Origin: Octopus sinensis
Lineage: Eukaryota
Reading direction: 5' to 3'
NCBI RefSeq assembly: GCF_006345805.1
Contig: NC_043000.1
Span: 62,310,001-62,374,000, forward strand
DNA length: 64,000 nucleotides
The translations under genes and the position numbers were made by a program. Below, in pieces: positions 23,390 to 34,412 of this stretch (the first letter of the stretch is position 1; every line of letters begins with the position of its first letter). The notes under the pieces are model-generated. The model saw only the letters and a list, made by a program, of their open reading frames with translations. It was not told the DNA's origin and made no database searches.

Positions 23390-24825
23390 AGCCCACTTCA
23401 AATTTTGAAAAATGACCGAAAAATCAATTTATAACACGTTTGCCGTTCCACATTTTCTTTTCTTTGCATTCATTATTACGAATTAATTTCCCTTTCTGGA
23501 AATTTTTAAAAACAAAAGTATGAAATTTGAAGCTCTAAAATTTATATCTTTAAGCTCCGCAACGCACTTGAAATTTCGTATGTGAAATAAATAGATTTTT
23601 CGACTTTGTTTCATCTATTATTTATAATACTAGGTCACCGAATATATGTGTTACATGAGATCTAGATTACACACACATTAATACAAATTAGACAAGTTGT
23701 CAAGATTGTAGCAGAAAAGATAATTCTTCTTTGGCAAAAGGCATCTATCCCTTACGTTACGATCGAGTCAGTTAAACCGAAAATCTTAAACTTCGCTTTA
23801 CTGACGTAGAAGGGCGATTATGATCTGACCGATTCTTTCTAATCAATCTCTGAAAGTTCTGTTTAGATGCTGCTTGATCTGTTCCGTCAATGATAATTTT
23901 TCGATTTGTCCGTTGATCCTGTAAAAAATATTGTTCTCTCTTTGTAGTACATTTTTGTCTCTACTACAACTGCAGCTTTTAAAAGGAGTTGCATTTGCAA
24001 CAGGAAATGTGAAACAAATCTTTTGTTGCCTTGTTTTTAACCCCACACACTTTGTTTGAAACGATGGTACATTTTTTTTTTATTTTTCACAGATTTTAGC
24101 GATGCTTGGTAATTTAGATAAAAGTTTAGATTTTCGTTTAACCGAATCAATCGTAACGCAAGAAATGGATGCCTTTTGCCAATGAAGAATTATCTTTTCT
24201 GCTACAATCTTGACAATTTGTTTAATTGAAGGATCTTTCTTAAGTACATTCTTTTCTTTTTCTCGTTCAAATAAAAAGCATTTTAGTACGTCGTTGTAAG
24301 TTGGCAAAATTCACTCGCTAAGATCACATGGAGTAGCAAATATTGGGCATTCAGTATCATGACGCGTTATTGGCTTATGAGTCATAACTAAATGTAAGCA
24401 ACACTGAATTTTACAGGATCATTAATTTTAATACAATGGCCTAAAGCCAAGGTGCAAAGCAGAAAACTTCACACACGTGCGTCCACGTGCGTCCACACTC
24501 AGCGACAGTTTTGCAGCGGTACTGGTGAGAAGTTCACACTACCGTTCTCTTTATAGTCTATGCGGAACATTAAGATATTAGTCAATTGTACTGAAACTTG
24601 ATATGCAACTCCTTAAGGGCACTTTATTTATTGTTTTGCATTCTGCTATATAGAAACATATATTCGATACGGCTTATAATCCATGAAATCCAAAAATAAG
24701 TATTTTTCAAATATTTCCAATTGCCTTGCGGAGTCTGACAAATATAGTTAACTGCAAAGTTCTTTATATTTCTTTCCTATGACTCTTGGTTACCAATTTC
24801 GAAAGTTGCATTTTTCGCTCCACCC
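23390..24825 (-). mobile_element. Unclassified DNA transposon deletion derivative (N-terminal transposase-like remnant)
   Basis: Right terminus is ..TTTTTCGCTCCACCC|TAA. Minus-strand peptides LPTYNDVLKCF..PSIKQIVKIVAEKIILHWQKASIS and CSCSRDKNV resemble N-termini of transposase-like proteins. The left terminus is degenerate and the superfamily is not assigned. Confidence 0.5.
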
Positions 24826-24832
24826 TAATATA

Positions 24833-25005
24833 CAGGGTGTCCCAAACACATGTATGCACATAGTGAATGGTTATAAATTTAATACAATCTGCAGTTCTCT
24901 TTGTTCAATCCGCCTGTCTGGTAAAATCTCATCATGGTGGGCCTTTATATTACTATGATAGAGCGGGGGTACACGATCTTGCGGCAAAGAAAACTGCATA
25001 TCATC
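24833..25005 (-). mobile_element. Tc1/mariner fragment (one TIR plus transposase remnant)
   Basis: TA|CAGGGTGTCCCAAA terminus. Minus-strand PQDRVPPLYHSNIKAHHDEILPDRRIEQR resembles the QQDGAPPHY...LP.RWIGR region. Confidence 0.6.
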
Positions 25006-25019
25006 AAAGCCCTCTTTTT

Positions 25020-25312
25020 AAATCCAGGAATTAAAAAATCCAAAACAAATGCGCAGCAAGGTATTCGAACAAAACGCTCCTTAGGAGCCCATGAAAAAGC
25101 ACAAAACTGGGCTCCTAAGGAGCGTTTTGTTCGAATACCTTGCTGCGCATTTGTTTTGGATTTTTAAATTCCTGGATTTTCCTGAAGAGAATGCTGCAAA
25201 ATGGTCTCCTTATTCAATCCGAATCTGGAAATTTGCGGCCTTTGAAACATGTGTAGAAAATAATAAAAGGAATTCTGTAGAATCTTCGTTCAGCTCCATT
25301 TCTTCCCTTCAC

Positions 25313-25316
<4 letters not shown>
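25020..25316 (+). mobile_element. PLE pseudo-LTR-like fragment with 5' fold-back (72-bp inverted repeat) and family B hammerhead
   Basis: Arms at 25020-25091 and 25108-25179 (71/72 match); HHR at 25177-25260; ends in (TA)n. Confidence 0.7.
25177..25260 (+). ncRNA. Type I hammerhead ribozyme (family B, canonical core)
   Basis: TTTTC-CTGAAGA-GAAT.GCTGCAAA...TTTGCGGC.CTTT-GAAAC-ATGT-GTA-GAAAA. Confidence 0.75.
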
Positions 25317-25350
<34 letters not shown>

Positions 25351-26505
25351 TGTGTGTGTGTATTCGTGTTTGTCCTCCCACCATCACTTGATAACCGATG
25401 CTGGTTTGTTTACATCTCCGTAAACTAGCGGTTCGGCAAAGGATACCGATAGAATAAGTACCAGACTTAGAAAGAATAAGTTCTGGGGTCGATTTGTTCG
25501 ACCAAAGCGGGGCTCCAGTATGGCCGCAGTCAAATAACTGAAACAAATAAAAGAGCATGTGTGAATGCATGAGTATATTTAATATGAAACAGTATATTCG
25601 TTGAATATTTTCACTGTATTATTCGAACTGAAAAGTGTTAAAAGAAAGGAGGAGAAAGTAAATCTCCCAATGCTTTCTCATTCTCGCAAATTCTGAAGTG
25701 AATGTCACATACAAGCATCGTACTATTTCATAGATTTACACTTACGAATTTAGTGACATTAAAAGGTGTGTCAGCAAACCAAATATAAAGCTATTTATTT
25801 TCACTACTCATATCTTTGCATAAACATTACCGCACGCTAACATATTCAGATTAGAAACAGTCTCGTAACCAAATACATCTTGCTCTTAAATTATTAGCAG
25901 TAGCAAATATTCAATTTGATGAAATTGTAAGGTCAAAGAACTAGTTCACTGTGCCAAAGTTAATAACAATTTGAATCCACTCCCATAGAAAGAACTAAGA
26001 AATAATTCATTCAAAAATAGAACATGTTCTTGTATATGTTGATATACCAGAAGAGAAAAAAAATAAGCTCACATAACGTAATTGTAATATAAACTCGGCT
26101 AACACGTCTTTTAATATAAAATGAAAAGTCCTAATCTGAATTTCGGAAGAAAAAGTTTGTATAAACAAGATTCTTATGAATTTCTATTCTGAAACTTCAA
26201 CCTCTGTGTATGTGTATGCGTGTGTGCGTGCGTGCATGTGTTTGTTTGTGAGTGAGTGTGTGTGTGTGCATACATGTATATATGTGTATGTATCTATGTT
26301 CTTTTATTCTTTTACTTGTTTCAGTCATGCTGAAGCACCGCCTTTAGTCAAACAAATCGACCCCAGGACTTACTCTCTGTAGGCCTAGTACTTATTCTAC
26401 CATTTTCTTTTGCTGAACTGTTAAGTAACGGGGACGTAAACACGCCAACATAGTTTATCAAGCGATGGTGGGGGAGACAAACACAGACACACAAATACAT
26501 ACATG

Positions 26506-26601
<96 letters not shown>

Positions 26602-27261
26602 CATCATCATCATTATTATTATTATTATCATCATCATCATTATTATTATTATTGAGTGAGAGAGCAGTTCATGCCATCATTATTATTATTATTATTATTT
26701 GGACATATAAATGAAAAAAGAATATAAATAGAAGTCGATTAGTGTGTTTAAATTTTGAGTAGAGCACCGGTGCAGTTTAGGTTACCTGTTGTCATCAGCA
26801 ATAGTGGTACACGTTCATTGGATTTACTTCAGGAACTGCGTAATTGCATTTAGGGTAATAGTATTGATTAATAGTAGGAGATTTCACATTAGACTTTTTT
26901 CAAGTGCAACATATGTTTCTACCCATCAGTCTGGGTCATTACAGGTACATTTTTAAAGATGTCACTCTAGAGATTTTCAGTGTCGGCTGGCTTGTTGTTA
27001 TATGACAATCAAGTTAGGGAATAAAAAAAAAAATATAGAAACGCAAAAAAGTTCAAATATGAACGTGTAAATATTACGTCCCAGTTTAGATAAAATGACC
27101 TAATCAGTTTTCACTGTCATAACTGCTTAGAGGCAAAAGAAAGTAGCAGGAGAAAGGAAGAGTAATACTTAGGTAAGTAGGTTTATCTTCGTGCATATAC
27201 ATACATACAGATACAGACACAGATATATGTGTGTATGTGTCTGTGTGTGTGTGTGAAGTAT

Positions 27262-27500
27262 ATTTGCCACTTAAATGTGGCTAACTACTAAGGGTAGATG
27301 CTACTGTAGCTTATAGCCCCAGGAGAACATCTTCTCCAGCTGGCTATTGACACACTTTCTGTGTCCTATCAATATTTGCAAAGGGAAGCCATCCTTCCCA
27401 TCGTCGACCTGAGATGATACGCACAGACCCGGGTTTGAGTATGTACCCGTCGTCAGCACACGACAATCACCGGTCTTCGATTCAAAAGGGTCCCAATGCA
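27262..27500 (-). mobile_element. Solo diverged relative of the 361-bp hammerhead monomer
   Basis: Shares TAGCCCCAGG.GAACATC, TTGACAC and TGCAAAGGGA with the array unit. Minus-strand HHR-like motif CGTGTG-CTGACGA-CGGGTACATACTC-AAAC-CCGG-GTC-TGTGCG at 27420-27462 (G12 missing). Hairpin GCCAC-6nt-GTGGC. Confidence 0.65.
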
Positions 27501-27534
27501 ATATATATATCCTTTTTCCAGTGTCGAAAAGTCA

Positions 27535-27590
<56 letters not shown>

Positions 27591-27702
27591 GTTCAGTTGA
27601 ATTAGGTACTTAAGTTGAAGCACCAAGCCAGTCCGGTATTATCCGCACAGCTCGAAGTAAAGTGAATAAAATCAAAATAAGCAACAGGATATCAAGTAGT
27701 GA

Positions 27703-27787
27703 TGCAGTACGACCGTTTCAAGTGTTCAATTTAATTGAAGAATGCAATCATTACATCAATTTAAATGTAGTTCCATCTTCAGGTGCA
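27703..27787 (-). ncRNA. Hammerhead-like motif in inverted 5' pLTR of PLE
   Basis: Minus strand: TGCAC-CTGAAGA-[long AU-rich hairpin]-GAAACGGTC-GTACTGCA. The base of stem II is weak (U.U). Confidence 0.55.
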
Positions 27788-29326
27788 CGGATAAAGAAAC
27801 AGAATTTTAATAAGTAGGACACAGAATAATTTTCTTAAAATCTGTTGCAAGTATTCGTTTATTCAATTTGATATTAACAGTTATTGTTCTTGTATATTCT
27901 TAACAGATCCCTAATTTTCGCAAAAGAAACTCTTATAACTAGGGATAAAATTGACATCATTCTTTTAGACAGGAAAATTTATCATAGAATTTAAGGGTAA
28001 GCTAGGGACGAGGTCTGATACCTCTGGTAATTTCGATATAGCTATGGGCTCGGGTGACTCGACTGAAATTACTAATCTAGTTGGTGCGTATCTCTTAAAG
28101 TCCCTTAATAGAGAAATCCATGAATTGCAGGGAGGTTTATATAGAGATGATGCGTCGTTCATTATTTCCAGCTACAATAAATCAGTCATAGAATGAATGA
28201 GGAAAAAAATTAGAATTTTTTTTAAAAGCTCTAACTTAAGAATAACGTTTGAATATGGCACACAGGTGAAAAATTTCTTAGACACTACGATAGACATTAA
28301 CTCAGGCTTATACTACTCCTATAGGAAACCGGGTGAAGTTACGAGGTATGTGAACAAATTCTCAAATCACCCCGCCCCCCTAATATATTAAGATCAGTAG
28401 TCAAAAGTATTTCTAAAAGAATTACGAAATTATCAGTTAATAAAGACATTTTTAATACTCATTCCCACCACTATAACTTCGCTTTGTCTAAGGAACCAAG
28501 GAATCACTTTTCTTAATCCAGAAAGTATAACACCTACAAATAATATAAATAATGAGAATTTAAATGAGAGGGAGGACAGAGGCCTACTTGGTCGGGAAAA
28601 CAGACCTACTGTGAAAACATCCAACAAACCTATCAATTCAAATAATAAAATAAGTAACAATAGGAAATTAGATTCTATAACCAGTAAGACTATTAGTTTA
28701 TGTAATAATAGTAGAGACGATTGAGCGGATTATGCCACCTTCAAATGATAAGAAAAATACAGATAGCATAGCCATACATAATAATCAAGTTATGAGTTTA
28801 GAAGGCGGTAGAAGAGTAGACAGATTCCGCCCTTATATACGTAAGAAGTCTGATAATAGAAATATAGTCTGGTATAATGTTCCCTTCAACTGAGCTATAT
28901 CCACCAGCATATATAAGAAATTTATAGCAATTTTAAATAAAAGCTTCCTTGCATCCCATAGATATAATAGAATATTTTCCCGTAAGACAATCAGAATATC
29001 GTATTCTACCCTCCCCAATATAGGTATCATCATAGCCAGGTTAAATAGAAATGGTGTAAAATTAGCAAGAGGAATTAGTTATAATAATATTAGTATTGTC
29101 AATACTGGTTTAAACCCCTTCAATGGTGATAATATTAATGGAGATGTAGGAATCAGGAACTACAGTGCTAACACATCTAATATGTATAATATAGACTGTG
29201 ACTCCGATGTTTATACTTCCTGATGATGCTGAGATGAATTTAAATGGTATTATGGTTGAAGGAAGTATAAATAATAACTGTAATAATAATAATGATAATG
29301 CCGGTAATAATTATAATAGCAGTAGG

Positions 29327-29411
<85 letters not shown>

Positions 29412-31492
29412 CTCCCGGCTGGTTGCAATTGTAGAGTTAAGTCTCATTGTCCGTTATTAGGTCGATGTTTAATCCAAAATGTAGTTTATAAATGTAGAAT
29501 TGTGACTGAAGCTAGTAACTTTATATATATAGGATGTTCGATAAATATGAAAAAAAAATTGTATTTATAATCATTTTACATCATTTAGATTCAGGCATAA
29601 AGCTAATAATACGTCTGTATGTATTGGGAACTTAAAGATAGCGGTACCGGATTTAGCCTTAAATGGGATATAATACGGAGAGCGCAGCTTTATAGAGATA
29701 GTCGTTATGGATGTGAGCTTTGCTCTATGGAAATTTATGAGATTTTTAAGTATAGAGTCAAGAACAACCTGATCAATAACAGATTAGACCTAAGGTATCG
29801 TGCATGCATAGCATCACCCGCACATTTAAGTATTTTCGAAACCAACAATTATAGTTTTAATACTTGAACTTTGATAGTGGGAATTAATCTTGGTGTTGTA
29901 TCCATTATAGACTTATCCTCCAGAATAAAATATAAAAATCAAGGGATATTATGTTATGTGGTGGATTGTATTATAGTACACATGTTATATGCTATGGGTT
30001 TTGTTATATAGTGCGCTATATATAGTGTTATCCTATGATAACCTCTGCTTAGTTACTCTGACCTCATCCTATTATGGTGATTACACTATTTTTCTTTCTA
30101 TTATGTTCTACCCTTCTAGTCATATTATGTGTATTTGTAGTGATTTATGAAAGTAAGTCTCCCTTTGACTAAATCATATACCCCCCAGAAACTATAAAAT
30201 CATACATACAATAACACCTACTTACAATACAACTTATAAATTCTCTTCCGTTTCAATCCCTGTAACTGTCCTCACTACTTCCATACCCATCACCCCTCTT
30301 TCCAAGTTACCTTTATCTTTTCCCTGCCTCTAATTTTAATCCCCTGTCACTTTATATGTGGGTTATATATATTTTCTTATTATTTTCCATAAATTCTTAT
30401 TTTGTTTTCTTATTTTGATATCCTAAAATTATTAACCTCTTAACCCTTATAAATTGTTATTTTTTCTTGTTCTTAAATTGATATTTCTCAGTTACTTAGG
30501 TCTATGCAAGATACTTATACTATATTCGCACAAGAGTATAAATATTTGTGTATATGTATGTATGCATATATATGCACACACACATATATGTGTGTGTGTG
30601 TGCATGCATATATATAAAAAGAAACCCCCTTTGTATGTGTATCTGTATGCATTATTTTGCACATACTTATATCAACACATATTTTTCAAGTATTTATATT
30701 TCTTATACTTCAGATTTTTATAATTTTTATTTAAATATGTCTATGAATTACCATTATCTCAATATCCCGCTTCTGATACATGGCTTAATACTAATAGATA
30801 GTATGTATATCTTTCCAAATATTTCCATGTGTAAGTGCCTTGAGCAGTCTTTATAGAAGCCATCTAATAATTAAGCACATGAATGGCTATTAAACTGATT
30901 CTACACAATCTTCCTTTTTAATGTTTATAATTGATACCTACACAACTTAAATTTTATTTTTATACAACATAACAATATTGTTTATAATCGTTCCTCCATC
31001 TTGCCCCTAATAAATCTCCCCTGTATTAGCATCTTAAGTTTCTTAGTGTCTGTCCCTTTTGCTGGTGATTAACATCATGATTTAAAGTGTACCCCTACCT
31101 TGTCTCTTTTTTTATAAACAGTTACCTCTATCAAATTGACTCTTCCTAATGTCTTATTTCCTTTCTCTCGTGGAAAAAGGATACCTATGTTAATATTTAT
31201 GACCATACTTAGCCATGAGCTGTCAACTCACTGTTATTCTTTATTCAAAATAGACAAGTCTTCTAGTCTCAGATTTAATAGATGATAAAGGGATAAATAA
31301 AATAGAAATGAATTACAACCCTTACAACCCTGTGACCCCACTATGCTCCATGCGTTTCTAAGAAATTGTAGTCTATTCTTAGTCACTTTGCTACAATAGA
31401 GACAACATGATTTTCTTCCATCTTCTTACTCTGTTAAAATATTTAAGAAAAATTATATTAATGTGTGCTACTTGTCAAAAAATTCTATATTT

Positions 31493-31580
31493 TGTGCAGC
31501 TGAAGATAGCACTGCTTTTAAATTGATGTAATGATTGCATTGTTCAATTAAGTGGAGCTGCTTGAAACGGTCATACTACA
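31493..31580 (+). ncRNA. Hammerhead-like motif in 3' pLTR of PLE
   Basis: CTGAAGA (31500-31506)-T.AGCA...TGCT.T-GAAACGGTC (31564-31572); stem I is weak. Confidence 0.55.
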
Positions 31581-31620
31581 TTACAACTTGATATTTTGTT
31601 GCTGATTTTGATATGCAAAT

Positions 31621-31663
<43 letters not shown>

Positions 31664-32401
31664 TATATATATATTTATATATTTATGAATAAACGAAGTT
31701 CAGCAAATGAAAATCAGAATAGGCGGGAACTATATGAAAACAGCACCGACGGATTGTATCTGGGTATCTGTAATTCAATACGCGAAACGTGTCACACAGT
31801 GTATCATAATACATTGTACCTGATTATTATGCTAGATGTTACCCGTATCTGCAGGATATTCATCTCTCTACTTGCTAATTCAATCATGAAGTAGTTACGT
31901 TGAACATGAAACCGGAATCCTCATCATCGAAACTAACAACAATCCATATACTGGATAGTAAGAGGATCCATTATCTGGTGAGTACTCTCGATGAATACTC
32001 TCAGTGATTACTCTCCGCAAGAACACCGGACGAATCAATGGTTTGAACCCGGCTTTGTTGTTGATTCGCTCCATGGCAGTTTTGATAGAGCATTCTTATG
32101 ATCAAATATACGCAATCTCCTTCGAGATATATAACTCTAGATCTATATTATCTAATATATCTTACCATTCATTTTTTATTAAGATGGTAGTGCGTGAATT
32201 GAATGTAAACCGACTATTATTTCTAGCAGCTCCGGTGACCACATTATGTGTTCTATCCGTTCTGCGTGTAGTCTAAACTTCGTTTCTCATTTGTATTAAT
32301 TACTTAAGCAATTAACTCCGCAATGTTCGGGTGTCCTTCATTAACTTTTCATTGCTAAATCAGTGAAGGAAAAGCAATGCCCATTGGGGAGGAAGGATAA
32401 G

Positions 32402-32480
32402 GAAGAAGAAGAAGAAGAAGAAGAAGAAGAAGAAGAAGAAGAAGAAGAAGAAGAAGAAGAAGAAGAAGCAGAAGAAGAAG

Positions 32481-32510
<30 letters not shown>
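32402..32510. repeat. (GAA)n microsatellite
   Basis: Directly visible; explains the poly-E/S/L ORFs. Confidence 0.95.
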
Positions 32511-32512
<2 letters not shown>

Positions 32513-33134
32513 GTGATGCAGCCAGTCGTATGGTTGCAGAATACGTTAAGTAGAATCTGCAATTACCATACATGGGTTGACCATGTAGTTTCTGTCACTA
32601 ATTTTTTTCAGCTGTATGAAACAAGATACTTGGCCTTTGTACTACGCAACTGCATTGAAAAGAAACCATGTAGAGAGCTTCTTAGTTGCACAGCCGTAAC
32701 TGATCGCATAAAACTGACTATATTAGAAATCTATTTAAGAAGTAATATACTGGCAAATTTTGGTTCTGTGAAACACCGCTATGGAAAATTTTCTGGACGC
32801 AGATCATGAATATCATAAATTTATATACCTGCGAAAGCAACTTCTGTTTGGGCTATATTTATTAAATTAATATAGTAGTTATCCCAACGTTAAGTATGCA
32901 ATATACATAATCTATTGATACCTGTTCTACTTCATAGCTCTAGCAAGATTGTTCTCTTTTCTTTTTATTGTATCCGTATATGAACAACAATCGAAAGCAA
33001 AATGTATATGTGTGTCCATTTGTACTTGCATAACTTCTACGTGTTATGGTGGAATATTTGTGATGCTGTTTGCAGCAACTACATTTCATCTCAAAACTCT
33101 ATACATACATACATACATACATACATACATACAT

Positions 33135-33165
<31 letters not shown>

Positions 33166-33441
33166 TACATACATACATACATACATACATACATACATAC
33201 ATACATACATACATGCATACATACATATTTATATATATATATATATATATACTGGATATGTGTATGTGTGCGTACGCATACATGTATACGCACAAACCCA
33301 TGTACATATGTATTTATGTAATAGAAGTTTCTTCAAAAGTTACTTTGAGCCTCACCTTGCCGATTATTCAAACGATTCTAGTAAAGAAGAGTATGACAAT
33401 GTATTAAAGGATTGCAATGTGTGTGTGTGTCTTATTCTCTG

Positions 33442-33480
<39 letters not shown>

Positions 33481-33796
33481 ATGTATGTATGTATGTATGT
33501 ATGTATGTATGTATGTATGTATACACACGTGCATATTATGAGATTGAGAAAGACAGCTCACTACTTTTCTATCAAAAGATATCAACGCTTCACTTCTAGG
33601 AATATGGCCACTTTACTATAATTTAACCGATTATTTGGTTAATCGTTCAGACAAACACTCAATCACTGAGATTCGTCACATTCCTTTCGTTGTCATCATT
33701 TGCGACTTTATCAATAACAAACCCTCTGTATTCTCTGTCTGTTTGTCTCCAGAATTATAAACAATCAGTTACATAATTGGTTAAGGGGTTTACAAG

Positions 33797-33868
<72 letters not shown>

Positions 33869-34412
33869 CTAAGATTCTCTCTGGTCGAACACAACTTCTC
33901 TATTCACAAACAATACAGAACAGCCCTTCCTTAATTTTTCTTAAGCCTAATAGTAGTAAACATCTGAACTTTTTTTGACCGATAGGACCCCACCTAAAAA
34001 AAATTAAAAATTAAAAAAATTTTTTTTAATATCACTGATAGTGATGGTGATGATGGTGATGATGATAATAATGATAGTAATAGTGCTGATAATCTATCTA
34101 TCTATCTACACACACACTCAAAGAGTTCAACCAACACAAAGAAAGTATTATTTGACAGGCAAGAACTCTGGTGTTGAAGACAGTCAGCCAGCCAACCACC
34201 AAGCCAGCCAACGAGACAGACAGACACTACTGTGATGGTGATAATGATAAAAAAACAAAAATAACAATAATAAGATACTGCTGTGACTACACATAAAACA
34301 ATATCATTGATGATGATGGTGGTGATGGTGATGGTGATGATGATAATGATGATGGTAATGGTGGTGATAATGATGATAGTGATGGTAATGGTGATGATAA
34401 TAACAATAATAA

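Larger units (their letters stand above)
27590..31620 (+). mobile_element. Penelope-like element (RT + GIY-YIG), degenerate, with inverted 5' and direct 3' pLTR copies
   Basis: Coding remnant at about 27915-29867: NFDIAMGSGDSTEITNLVG, GLYRDDA, FLDTTIDINSG..YRKPG..NHP, IVWYNVPFN, CNCRVKSHCPLLGRCL..YIG, WELK..WDII..CELC. About 170 bp at 27680-27845 (-) is homologous to 31440-31610 (+), each with a CTGAAGA...GAAACGGTC motif. Confidence 0.88.
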
